DNA of 64,000 nucleotides from Eledone cirrhosa (lineage: Eukaryota): positions 340,504,001-340,568,000 of the forward strand of contig OZ024740.1 in the NCBI GenBank assembly GCA_964016885.1, in the 5' to 3' direction. Under the pieces are notes generated by a model. The model saw only the letters and a program-made list of their open reading frames with translations. It searched no databases and was not told where the DNA came from. Every line of letters starts with the position of its first letter. Within the stretch, counting starts at the first letter, position 1. Position numbers and translations under genes: made by a program. Shown here in pieces: positions 27,601 to 42,600 of the stretch.

Positions 27601-30600
27601 GAGTGCACACTGTCTCAACTATACAATGTGGGTGTCAGACACTGCTAAGGGTGCACACTGTCTCAACTACACAATGTGGGTGTCAGACACTGCCAAGAGT
27701 GCACACTGTCTCAACTATACAATGTGGGTGTCAGACACTGCTAAGGGTGCACACTGTCTCAACTACACAATGTGGGTGTCAGACACTGCCAAGGATGCAC
27801 ACTGTCTCAACTACACAATGTGGGTGTCAGACACTGCTAAGGGTGCACACTGTCTCAACTATACAATGTGGGTGTCAGACACTGCCAAGAGTGCACACTG
27901 TCTCAACTACACAATGTGGGTGTCAGACACTGCTAAGGGTGCACACTGTCTCAACTATACAATGTGGGTGTCAGACACTGCCAAGAGTGCACACTGTCTC
28001 AACTATACAATGTGGGTGTCAGACACTGCCAAGAGTGCACACTGTCTCAACTATACAATGTGGGTGTCAGACACTGCTAAGGGTGCACACTGTCTCAACT
28101 ACACAATGTGGGTGTCAGACACTGCCAAGGATGCACACTGTGTCAACTACACAATGTGGGTGTCAGACACTGCTAAGGGTGCACACTGTCTCAACTATAC
28201 AATGTGGGTGTCAGACACTGCCAAGAGTGCACACTGTCTCAACTATACAATGTGGGTGTCAGACACTGCTAAGGGTGCACACTGTCTCAACTATACAATG
28301 TGGGTGTCAGACACTGCCAAGGGAGCACACTGTCTCAACTATACAATGTGGGTGTCAGACACTGCCAAGGGTGCACACTGTCTCAACTACACAATGTGGG
28401 TGTCAGACACTGCCAAGGGTGCACACTGTCTCAACTATACAATGTGGGTGTCAGACACTGCTAAGGGTGCACACTGTCTCAACTATACAATGTGGGTGTC
28501 AGACACTGCTAAGGGTGCACACTGTCTCAACTACACAATGTGGGTGTCAGACACTGCTAAGGGTGCACACTGTCTCAACTATACAATGTGGGTGTCAGAC
28601 ACTGCCAAGGGTGCACACTGTCTCAACTATACAATGTGGGTGTCAGACACTGCTAAGTGTGCACACTGTCTCAACTACACAATGTGGGTGTCAGACACTG
28701 CTAAGGGTGCACACTGTCTCAACTATACAATGAGGGTGTCAGACACTGCCAAGAGAGCACACTGTCTCAACTATACAATGTGGGTGTCAGACACTGCCAA
28801 GGGTGCACACTGTCTCAACTATACAATGTGGGTGTCAGACACTGCCAAGGGTGCACACTGTCTCAACTATACAATGAGGGTGTCAGACACTGCCAAGAGT
28901 GCACACTGTCTCAACTATACAATGTGGGTGTCAGACACTGCCAAGGGTGCACACTGTCTCAACTACACAATGTGGGTGTCAGACACTGCTAAGGGTGCAC
29001 ACTGTCTCAACTATACAATGTGGGTGTCAGACACTGCTAAGGGTGCACACTGTCTCAACTATACAATGTGGGTGTCAGACACTGCCAAGAGTGCACACTG
29101 TCTCAGCTATACAATGTGGGTGTCAGACACTGCCAAGAGTGCACACTGTCTCAACTACACAATGTGGGTGTCAGACACTGCCAAGGGTGCACACTGTCTC
29201 AACTATACAATGTGGGTGTCAGACACTGCCAAGGATGCACACTGTCTCAACTATACAATGAGGGTGTCAGACACTGCTAAGGGTGCACACTGTCTCAACT
29301 ATACAATGTGGGTGTCAGACACTACCAAGAGTGCACACTGTCTCAACTATACAATGTGGGTGTCAGACACTGCCAAGGGTGCACACTGTCTCAACTACAC
29401 AATGTGGGTGTCAGACACTGCCAAGTGTGCACACTGTCTCAACTACACAATGTGGGTGTCAGACACTGCCAAGGGTGCACACTGTCTCAACTATACAATG
29501 TGGGTGTCAGACACTGCCAAGGGTGCACACTGTCTCAACTACACAATGTGGGTGTCAGACACTGCCAAGAGTGCACACTGTCTCAACTATACAATGTGGG
29601 TGTCAGACACTGCTAAGGGTGCACAGAGTCTCAACTACACAATGTGGGTGTCAGACACTGCCAAGAGAGCACACTGTCTCAACTACACAATGTGGGTGTC
29701 AGACACTGCCAAGAGAGTACACTGTCTCAACTACACAATGTGGGTGTCAGACACTGCTAAGGGTGCACACTGTCTCAACTATACAATGTGGGTGTCAGAC
29801 ACTGCCAAGAGAGCACACTGTCTCAACTATACAATGTGGGTGTCAGACACTGCCAAGAGAGCACACTGTCTCAACTATACAATGTGGGTGTTAGACACTG
29901 CCAAGAGAGCACACTGTCTCAACTACACAATGTGGGTGTCAGACACTGCCAAGGGTGCACACTGTCTCAACTATACAATGTGGGTGTCAGACACTGCCAA
30001 GAGAGCACACTGTCTCAACTATACAATGTGGGTGTCAGACACTGCCAAGGATGCACACTGTCTCAACTATACAATGAGGGTGTCAGACACTGCCAAGGGA
30101 ACACACTGTCTCAACTATACAATGTGGGTGTCAGACACTGCCAAGGATGCACACTGTCTCAACTACACAATGTGGGTGTCAGACACTGCCAAGGATGCAC
30201 ACTGTCTCAACTACACAATGTGGGTGTCAGGCACTGCTAAGGGTGCACACTGTCTCAACTATACAATGAGGGTGTCAGACACTGCCAAGGGAGCACACTG
30301 TCTCAACTATACAATGAGGGTGTCAGACACTGCTAAGGGTGCACACTGTCTCAACTATACAATGAGGGTGTCAGACACTGCCAAGGGAGCACACTGTCTC
30401 AACTATACAATGAGGGTGTCAGACACTGCTAAGGGTGCACACTGTCTCAACTATACAATGTGGGTGTCAGACACTGCCAAGGATGCACACTGTCTCAACT
30501 ACACAATGTGGGTGTCAGACACTGCCAAGGGTGCACACTGTCTCAACTATACAATGAGGGTGTCAGACACTGCCAAGGGAGCACACTGTGTCAACTATAC

Positions 30601-33600
30601 AATGAGGGTGTCAGACACTGCCAAGGGTGCACACTGTCTCAACTATACAATGTGGGTGTCAGACACTGCCAAGGGTGCACACTGTCTCAACTATACAATG
30701 TGGGTGTCAGACACTGCCAAGGGTGCACACTGTCTCAACTATACAATGTGGGTGTCAGACACTGCCAAGGGTGCACACTATCTCAACTATACAATGAGGG
30801 TGTCAGACACTGCCAAGGGTGCACACTGTCTCAACTATACAATGAGGGTGTCAGACACAGCCAAGGGTGCACACTGTCTCAACTATACAATGTGGGTGTC
30901 AGACACTGCTAAGGGTGCACACTGTCTCAACTATACAATGTGGGTGTCAGACACTGCCAAGGGTGCACAATGTCTCAACTATACAATGTGGGTGTCAGAC
31001 ACTGCTAAGGGTGCACACTGTCTCAACTACACAATGTGGGTATCAGACACTGCTAAGGGTGCACACTGTCTCAACTATACAATGAGGGTGTCAGACACTG
31101 CTAAGGGTGCACACTGTCTCAACTATACAATCAGGGTGTCAGACACTGCTAAGGGTGCACACTGTCTCATCTATACAATGAGGGTGTCAGACACTGCTAA
31201 GGGTGCACACTGTCTCAACTACACAATGTGGGTGTCAGACACTGCTAAGGGTGCACACTGTCTCAACTATACTATGTGGGTGTCAGACACTGCCAAGGGT
31301 ACACACTGTCTCAACTATACAATGTGGGTGTCAGACACTGCCAAGAGAGCACACTGTCTCAACTATACAATGTGGGTGTCAGACACTGCCAAGAGTGCAC
31401 ACTGTCTCAACTACACAATGTGGGTGTCAGACACTGCCAAGGGTGCACACTGTCTCAACTATACAATGTGGGTGTCAGACACTGCTAAGGGTGCACACTG
31501 TCTCAACTATACAATGAGGGTGTCAGACACTGCTAAGGGTGCACACTGTCTCAACTATACAAAGTGGGTGTCAGACACTGCCAAGTGTGCACACTGTCTC
31601 AACTACACAATGTGGGTGTCAGACACTGCCAAGTGTGCACACTGTCTCAACTACACAATGTGGGTGTCAGACACTGCCAAGGGTGCACACTGTCTCAACT
31701 ATACAATGTGGGTGTCAGACACTACCAAGAGTGCACACTGTCTCAACTACACAATGTGGGTATCAGACACTGCCAAGGGAGCACACTGTCTCAACTACAC
31801 AATGTGGGTGTCAGACACTACCAAGAGTGCACACTGTCTCAACTATACAATGTGGGTGTCAGACACTGCCAAGAGAGCACACAGTCTCAACTATACAATG
31901 TGGGTGTCAGACACTGCCAAGTGTGCACACTGTCTCAACTACACAATGTGGGTGTCAGACACTGCCAAGGGTGCACACTGTCTCAACTACACAATGTGGG
32001 TGTCAGACACTGCTAAGGGTGCACACTGTCTGAACTATACAATGTGGGTGTCAGACACTGCTAAGGGTGCACACTGTCTCAACTACACAATGTGGGTGTC
32101 AGACACTGCCAAGAGAGCACACTGTCTCAACTACACAATGTGGGTGTCAGACACTGCTAAGGGTGCACACTGTCTCAACTATACAATGTGGGTGTCAGAC
32201 ACTGCCAAGTGTGCACACTGTCTCAACTACACAATGTGGGTGTCAGACACTGCCAAGAGAGCACACTGTCTCAACTACACAATGTGGGTGTCAGACACTG
32301 CCAAGGGTGCAGACTGTCTCAACTACACAATGTGGGTGTCAGACACTGCCAAGAGAGCACACTGTCTCAACTATACAATGAGGGTGTCAGACACTGCCAA
32401 GGGTGCACACTGTCTCAACTATACAATGAGGGTGTCAGACACTGCCAAGGGTGCACACTGTCTCAACTACACAATGTGGGTGTCAGACACTGCCAAGGAT
32501 GCACACTGTCTCAACTATACAATGAGGGTGTCAGACACTGCCAAGGGAGCACACTGTTTCAACTATACAATGAGGGTGTCAGACACTGCCAAGGGAGCAC
32601 ACTGTCTCAACTATACAATGTGGGTGTCAGACACTGCCAAGGATGCACACTGTCTCAACTATACAATGAGGGTGTCAGACACTGCCAAGGGAGCACACTG
32701 TCTCAACTATACAATGAGGGTGTCAGACACTGCTAAGGGTGCACACTGTCTCAACTATACAATGAGGGTGTCAGACACTGCCAAGGGAGCACACTGTCTC
32801 AACTATACAATGAGGGTGTCAGACACTGCTAAGGGTGCACACTGTCTCAACTATACAATGTGGGTGTCAGACACTGCCAAGGGTGCACACTGTCTCAACT
32901 ATACAATGTGGGTGTCAGACACTGCCAAGGGTGCACACTGTCTCAACTATACAATGTGGGTGTCAGACACTGCCAAGGGTGCACACTGTCTCAACTATAC
33001 AATGTGGGTGTCAGACACTGCCAAGGGTGCACACTGTCTCAACTATACAATGTGGGTGTCATACACTGCTAAGGGTGCACACTGTCTCATCTATACAATG
33101 AGGGTGTCAGACACTGCTAAGGGTGCACACTGTCTCAACTATACAATGTGGGTGTCAGACACTGCCAAGGGTGCACACTGTCTCAACTATACAATGTGGG
33201 TGTCAGACACTGCCAAGAGAGCACACTGTCTCAACTATACAATGAGGGTGTCAGACACTGCCAAGGGTGCACACTGTCTCAACTATACAATGAGGGTGTC
33301 AAACACTGCCAAGGATGCACACTGTCTCAACTACACAATGTGGGTGTCAGACACTGCCAAGGGTGCACACTGTCTCAACTATACAATGTGGGTGTCAGAC
33401 ACTGCCAAGGGTGCACACTGTCTCAACTATACAATGTGGGTGTCAGACACTGCCAAGGGTGCACACTGTCTCAACTACACAATGTGGGTGTCAGACACTG
33501 CCAAGAGAGCACACTGTCTCAACTATACAATGAGGGTGTCAAACACTGCCAAGGATGCACACTGTCTCAACTACACAATGTGGGTGTCAGACACTGCTAA

Positions 33601-36600
33601 GGGTGCACACTGTCTCAACTACACAATGTGGGTGTCAGACACTGCTAAGGGTGCACACTGTCTCAACTATACAATGTGGGTGTCAGACACTGCCAAGGAT
33701 GCACACTGTCTCAACTACACAATGTGGGTGTCAGACACTGCCAAGAGTGCACACTGTCTCAACTACACAATGTGGGTGTCAGACACTGCCAAGGGTGCAC
33801 ACTGTCTCAACTATACAATGAGGGTGTCAGACACTGCCAAGGGTGCACACTGTCTCAACTATACAATGAGGGTGTCAGACACTGCCAAGGGTGCACACTG
33901 TCTCAACTATACAATGTGGGTGTCAGACACTGCTAACGGTGCACACTGTCTCAACTATACAATGTGGGTGTCAGACACTGCCAAGGATGCACACTGTCTC
34001 AACTATACAATGTGGGTGTCAGACACTGCCAAGGGTGCACACTGTCTCAACTATACAATGTGGGTGTCAGACACTGCCAAGGGTGCACACTGTCTCAACT
34101 ATACAATGTGGGTGTCAGACACTGCCAAGGGTGCACACTGTCTCAACTATACAATGTGGGTGTCAGACACTGCCAAGGGTGCACACTGTCTCAACTATAC
34201 AATATGGGTGTCAGACACTGCCAAGAGTGCACACTGTCTCAACTATACAATGAGGGTGTCAGACACTGCCAAGGGTGCACACTGTCTCAACTATACAATG
34301 TGGGTGTCAGACACTGCTAAGGGTGCACACTGTCTCAACTATACAATGTGGGTGTCAGACACTGCCAAGAGTGCACACTGTCTCAACTATACAATGAGGG
34401 TGTCAGACACTGCCAAGGGTGCACACTGTCTCAACTACACAATGTGGGTGTCAGACACTGCCAAGGGTGCACACTGTCTCAACTATACAATGTGGGTGTC
34501 AGACACTGCTAAGGGTGCACACTGTCTCAACTATACAATGTGGGTGTCAGACACTGCCAAGGATGCACACTGTCTCAACTATACAATGTGGGTGTCAGAC
34601 ACTGCCAAGGGTGCACACTGTCTCAACTATACAATGTGGGTGTCAGACACTGCCAAGGGTGCACACTGTCTCAACTATACAATGAGGGTGTCAGACACTG
34701 CCAAGGGTGCACACTGTCTCAACTACACAATGTGGGTGTCAGACACTGCTAAGGGTGCACACTGTCTCAACTACACAATGTGGGTGTCAGACACTGCCAA
34801 GGGTTTACACTGTCTCAACTATACAATGTGGGTGTCAGACACTACCAAGAGTGCACACTGTCTCAACTACACAATGTGGGTGTCAGACACTGCCAAGGGT
34901 GCACACTGTCTCAACTACACAATGTGGGTGTCAGACACTGCTAAGGGTGCACACTGTCTCAACTACACAATGTGGGTGTCAGACACTACCAAGGATGCAC
35001 ACTGTCTCAACTACACAATGTGGGTGTCAGACACTGCCAAGTGTGCACACTGTCTCAACTACACAATGTGGGTGTCAGACACTGCCAAGGGTGCACACTG
35101 TCTCAACTATACAATATGGGTGTCAGACACTGCCAAGAGTGCACACTGTCTCAACTATACAATGTGGGTGTCAGACACTGCCAAGGGTGCACACTGTCTC
35201 AACTATACAATGATGGTGTCAGACACTGCCAAGGGTGCACACTATCTCAACTATACAATGAGGGTGTCAGACACTGCTAAGGGTGCACACTGTCTCAACT
35301 ATACAATGTGGGTGTCAGACACTGCCAAGGATGCACACTGTCTCAACTACACAATGTGGGTGTCAGACACTGCCAAGAGTGCACACTGTCTCAACTACAC
35401 AATGTGGGTGTCAGACACTGCCAAGGGTGCACACTGTCTCAACTATACAATGAGGGTGTCAGACACTGCCAAGGGTGCACACTGTCTCAACTATACAATG
35501 TGGGTGTCAGACACTGCTAAGGGTGCACACTGTCTCAACTACACAATGTGGGTGTCAGACACTGCTAAGGGTGCACACTGTCTCAACTATACAATGAGGG
35601 TGTCAGACACTGCCAAGGGTGCACACTGTCTTAACTATACAATGTGGGTGTCAGACACTGCCAAGGATGCACACTGTCTCAACTACACAATGTGGGTGTC
35701 AGACACTGCCAAGGGTGCACACTGTCTCAACTATACAATGAGGGTGTCAGACACTGCCAAGGGTGCACACTGTCTCAACTATACAATGTGGGTGTCAGAC
35801 ACTGCTAAGGGTGCACACTGTCTCAACTACACAATGTGGGTGTCAGACACTGCTAAGGGTGCACACTGTCTCAACTATACAATGAGGGTGTCAGACACTG
35901 CCAAGGGTGCATACTGTCTCAACTATACAATGTGGGTGTCAGACACTGCCAAGGATGCACACTGTCTCAACTACACAATGTGGGTGTCAGACACTGCTAA
36001 GGGTGCACACTGTCTCAACTATACAATGAGGGTGTCAGACACTGCCAAGGGTGCACACTGTCTCAACTATACAATGTGGGTGTCAGACACTGCCAAGGAT
36101 GCACACTGTCTCAACTACACAATGTGGGTGTCAGACACTGCTAAGGGTGCACACTGTCTCAACTATACAATGAGGGTGTCAGACACTGCCAAGGGTGCAC
36201 ACTGTCTCAACTATACAATGTGGGTGTCAGACACTGCCAAGGATGCACACTGTCTCAACTACACAATGTGGGTGTCAGACACTGCCAAGGGTGCACACTG
36301 TCTCAACTATACAATGTGGGTGTCAGACACTGCCAAGAGAGCACACTGTCTCAACTACACAATGTGGGTGTCAGACACTGCCAAGGGTGCACACTGTCTC
36401 AACTATACAATGTGGGTGTCAGACACTACCAAGAGTGCACACTGTCTCAACTATACAATGTGGGTGTCAGACACTGCCAAGTGTGCACACTGTCTCAACT
36501 ATACAATGTGGGTGTCAGACACTGCCAAGGGTGCACACTGTCTCAACTACACAATGTGGGTGTCAGACACTGCTAAGGGTGCACACTGTCTCAACTACAC

Positions 36601-39600
36601 AATGTGGGTGTCAGACACTGCCAAGGGTGCACACTGTCTCAACTATACAATGTGGGTGTCAGACACTGCCAAGGGTGCACACTGTCTCAACTATACAATG
36701 TGGGTGTCAGACACTGCCAAGTGTGCACACTGTCTCAACTATACAATGTGGGTGTCAGACACTGCCAAGAGAGCACACTGTCTCAACTATACAATGTGGG
36801 TGTCAGACACTGCCAAGTGTGCACACTGTCTCAACTATACAATGTGGGTGTCAGACACTGCCAAGGGTGCACACTGTCTCAACTATACAATGTGGGTGTC
36901 AGACACTGCCAAGGGTGCACACTGTCTCAACTATACAATGTGGGTGTCAGACACTGCCAAGGATGCACACTGTCTCAACTATACAATGTGGGTGTCAGAC
37001 ACTGCCAAGGGTGCACACTGTCTCAACTATACAATGTGGGTGTCAGACACTGCCAAGGATGCACACTGTCTCAACTACACAATGTGGGTGTCAGACACTG
37101 CCAAGGGTGCACACTGTCTCAACTACACAATGTGGGTGTCAGACACTGCCAAGGGTGCACACTGTCTCAACTATACAATGTGGGTGTCAGACACTGCCAA
37201 GTGTGCACACTGTCTCAACTATACAATGTGGGTGTCAGACACTGCCAAGTGTGCACACTGTCTCAACTATACAATGTGGGTGTCAGACACTGCCAAGGGT
37301 GCACACTGTCTCAACTACACAATGTGGGTGTCAGACACTGCTAAGGGTGCACACTGTCTCAACTACACAATGTGGGTGTCAGACACTGCCAAGGGTGCAC
37401 ACTGTCTCAACTATACAATGTGGGTGTCAGACACTGCCAAGGGTGCACACTGTCTCAACTATACAATGTGGGTGTCAGACACTGCCAAGTGTGCACACTG
37501 TCTCAACTATACAATGTGGGTGTCAGACACTGCCAAGAGAGCACACTGTCTCAACTATACAATGTGGGTGTCAGACACTGCCAAGTGTGCACACTGTCTC
37601 AACTATACAATGTGGGTGTCAGACACTGCCAAGGGTGCACACTGTCTCAACTATACAATGTGGGTGTCAGACACTGCCAAGGGTGCACACTGTCTCAACT
37701 ATACAATGTGGGTGTCAGACACTGCCAAGGGTGCACACTGTCTCAACTATACAATGTGGGTGTCAGACACTGCCAAGGATGCACACTGTCTCAACTATAC
37801 AATGTGGGTGTCAGACACTGCCAAGGGTGCACACTGTCTCAACTATACAATGTGGGTGTCAGACACTGCCAAGGGTGCACACTGTCTCAACTATACAATG
37901 TGGGTGTCAGACACTGCCAAGGATGCACACTGTCTCAACTACACAATGTGGGTGTCAGACACTGCCAAGGGTGCACACTGTCTCAACTATACAATGAGGG
38001 TGTCAGACACTGCCAAGGGTGCACACTGTCTCAACTATACAATGTGGGTGTCAGACACTGCTAAGGGTGCACACTGTCTCAACTACACAATGTGGGTGTC
38101 AGACACTGCTAAGGGTGCACACTGTCTCAACTATACAATGAGGGTGTCAGACACTGCCAAGGGTGCACACTGTCTCAACTATACAATGTGGGTGTCAGAC
38201 ACTGCCAAGGATGCACACTGTCTCAACTACACAATGTGGGTGTCAGACACTGCTAAGGGTGCACACTGTCTCAACTGTACAATGAGGGTGTCAGACACTG
38301 CCAAGGGTGCACACTGTCTCAACTATACAATGTGGGTGTCAGACACTGCCAAGGATGCACACTGTCTCAACTACACAATGTGGGTGTCAGACACTGCTAA
38401 GGGTGCACACTGTCTCAACTATACAATGAGGGTGTCAGACACTGCCAAGGGTGCACACTGTCTCAACTATACAATGTGGGTGTCAGACACTGCCAAGGAT
38501 GCACACTGTCTCAACTACACAATGTGGGTGTCAGACACTGCCAAGGGTGCACACTGTCTCAACTATACAATGTGGGTGTCAGACACTGCCAAGTGTGCAC
38601 ACTGTCTCAACTATACAATGTGGGTGTCAGACACTGCCAAGGGTGCACACTGTCTCAACTACACAATGTGGGTGTCAGACACTGCTAAGGGTGCACACTG
38701 TCTCAACTACACAATGTGGGTGTCAGACACTGCCAAGGGTGCACACTGTCTCAACTATACAATGTGGGTGTCAGACACTGCCAAGGGTGCACACTGTCTC
38801 AACTATACAATGTGGGTATCAGACACTGCCAAGTGTGCACACTGTCTCAACTATACAATGTGGGTGTCAGACACTGCCAAGAGAGCACACTGTCTCAACT
38901 ATACAATGTGGGTGTCAAACACTGCCAAGTGTGCACACTGTCTCAACTATACAATGTGGGTGTCAGACACTGCCAAGGGTGCACACTGTCTCAACTATAC
39001 AATGTGGGTGTCAGACACTGCCAAGGGTGCACACTGTCTCAACTATACAATGTGGGTGTCAGACACTGCCAAGGATGCACACTGTCTCAACTATACAATG
39101 TGGGTGTCAGACACTGCCAAGGGTGCACACTGTCTCAACTATACAATGTGGGTGTCAGACACTGCCAAGGATGCACACTGTCTCAACTACACAATGTGGG
39201 TGTCAGACACTGCCAAGGGTGCACACTGTCTCAACTATACAATGTGGGTGTCAGACACTGCCAAGTGTGCACACTGTCTCAACTATACAATGTGGGTGTC
39301 AGACACTGCCAAGTGTGCACACTGTCTCAACTATACAATGTGGGTGTCAGACACTGCCAAGGGTGCACACTGTCTCAACTACACAATGTGGGTGTCAGAC
39401 ACTGCTAAGGGTGCACACTGTCTCAACTACACAATGTGGGTGTCAGACACTGCCAAGGGTGCACACTGTCTCAACTATACAATGTGGGTGTCAGACACTG
39501 CCAAGGGTGCACACTGTCTCAACTATACAATGTGGGTGTCAGACACTGCCAAGTGTGCACACTGTCTTAACTATACAATGTGGGTGTCAGACACTGCCAA

Positions 39601-42600
39601 GAGAGCACACTGTCTCAACTATACAATGTGGGTGTCAGACACTGCCAAGTGTGCACACTGTCTCAACTATACAATGTGGGTGTCAGACACTGCCAAGGGT
39701 GCACACTGTCTCAACTATACAATGTGGGTGTCAGACACTGCCAAGGGTGCACACTGTCTCAACTATACAATGTGGGTGTCAGACACTGCCAAGGGTGCAC
39801 ACTGTCTCAACTATACAATGTGGGTGTCAGACACTGCCAAGGGTGCTCACTGTCTCAACTATACAACGTGGGTGTCAGACACTGCCAAGGGTGCACACTG
39901 TCTCAACTATACAACGTGGGTGTCAGACACTGCCAAGGGTGCACACTGTCTCAACTATACAATGTGGGTGTCAGACACTGCCAAGGGTGCACACTGTCTC
40001 AACTATACAATGTGGGTGTCAGATACTGCCAAGGGTGCACACTGTTTCAACTATACAATGTGGGTGTCAGACACTGCCAAGGGTGCACACTGTCTCAACT
40101 ATACAATGTGGGTGTCAGACACTGCCAAGGGTGCACACTGTCTCAACTATACAATGTGGGTGTCAGACACTGCCAAGGGTGCACACTGTCTCAACTACAC
40201 AATGTGGGTGTCAGACACTGCCAAGGATGCACACTGTCTCAACTATACAATGTGGGTGTCAGACACTGCCAAGGGTGCACACTGTCTCAACTACACAATG
40301 TGGGTGTCAGACACTGCCAAGCGTGCACACTGTCTCAACTACACAATGTGGGTGTCAGGCACTGCTAAGGGTGCACACTGTCTCAACTATACAATGAGGG
40401 TGTCAGACACTGCCAAGGGTGCACACTGTCTCAACTATACAATGTGGGTGTCAGACACTGCCAAGGATGCACACTGTCTCAACTATACAATGTGGGTGTC
40501 AGACACTGCCAAGTGTGCACACTGTCTCAACTATACAATGTGGGTGTCAGACACTGCCAAGGGTGCACACTGTTTCAACTATACAATGTGGGTGTCAGAC
40601 ACTGCCAAGGGTGCACACTGTCTCAACTACACAATGTGGGTGTCAGACACTACCAAGAGTGCACACTGTCTCAACTACACAATGTGGGTGTCAGACACTG
40701 CCAAGGGTGCACACTGTCTCAACTATACAATGTGGGTGTCAGACACTGCCAAGGGTGCACACTGTCTCAACTACACAATGTGGGTGTCAGACACTGCCAA
40801 GGGTGCACACTGTCTCAACTATACAATGTGGGTGTCAGACACTGCCAAGGGTGCACACTGTCTCAACTACACAATGTGGGTGTCAGACACTGCTAAGGGT
40901 GCACACTGTCTCAACTACACAATGTGGGTGTCAGACACTGCCAAGGGTGCACACTGTCTCAACTATACAATGTGGGTGTCAGACACTGCCAAGTGTGCAC
41001 ACTGTCTCAACTATACAATGTGGGTGTCAGACACTGCCAAGTGTGCACACTGTCTCAGCTATACAATGTGGGTGTCAGACACTGCCAAGGGTGCACACTG
41101 TCTCAACTACACAATGTGGGTGTCAGACACTGCTAAGGGTGCACACTGTCTCAACTATACAATGTGGGTGTCAGACACTGCCAAGGATTCACACTGTCTC
41201 AACTATACAATGTGGGTGTCAGACACTGCCAAGGGTGCACACTGTCTCAACTATACAATGTGGGTGTCAGACACTGCCAAGGATGCACACTGTCTCAACT
41301 ATACAATGTGGGTGTCAGACACTGCCAAGGGTGCACACTGTCTCAACTATACAATGTGGGTGTCAGACACTGCCAAGGGTGCACACTGTCTTAACTATAC
41401 AATGTGGGTGTCAGACACTGCCAAGGATGCACACTGTCTCAACTATACAATGTGGGTGTCAGACACTGCCAAGGGTGCACACTGTCTCAACTATACAATG
41501 TGGGTGTCAGACACTGCCAAGGGTGCACACTGTCTCAACTATACAATATGGGTGTCAGACACTGCCAAGGATGCACACTGTCTCAACTACACAATGTGGG
41601 TGTCAGACACTGCCAAGGGTGCACACTGTCTCAACTATACAATGAGGGTGTCAGACACTGCCAAGGGTGCACACTGTCTCAACTATACAATGTGGGTGTC
41701 AGACACTGCTAAGGGTGCACACTGTCTCAACTACACAATGTGGGTGTCAGACACTGCTAAGGGTGCACACTGTCTCAACTATACAATGAGGGTGTCAGAC
41801 ACTGCCAAGGGTGCACACTGTCTCAACTATACAATGTGGGTGTCAGACACTGCCAAGGATGCACACTGTCTCAACTACACAATGTGGGTGTCAGACACTG
41901 CTAAGGGTGCACACTGTCTCAACTATACAATGAGGGTGTCAGACACTGCCAAGGGTGCACACTGTCTCAACTATACAATGTGGGTGTCAGACACTGCCAA
42001 GGATGCACACTGTCTCAACTACACAATGTGGGTGTCAGACACTGCTAAGGGTGCACACTGTCTCAACTATACAATGAGGGTGTCAGACACTGCCAAGGGT
42101 GCACACTGTCTCAACTATACAATGTGGGTGTCAGACACTGCCAAGGATGCACACTGTCTCAACTACACAATGTGGGTGTCAGACACTGCCAAGGGTGCAC
42201 ACTGTCTCAACTACACAATGTGGGTGTCAGACACTGCCAAGGGTGCACACTGTCTCAACTATACAATGTGGGTGTCAGACACTGCCAAGGATGCACACTG
42301 TCTCAACTATACAATGTGGGTGTCAGACACTGCCAAGGGTGCACACTGTCTCAACTATACAATGTGGGTGTCAGACACTGCCAAGGGTGCACACTGTCTC
42401 AACTATACAATGTGGGTGTCAGACACTGCCAAGGGTGCACACTGTCTCAACTATACAATGTGGGTGTCAGACACTGCCAAGCGTGCACACTGTCTCAACT
42501 ATACAATGTGGGTGTCAGACACTGCTAAGGGTGCACACTGTCTCAACTACACAATGTGGGTGTCAGACACTGCCAAGGGTTTACACTGTCTCAACTATAC

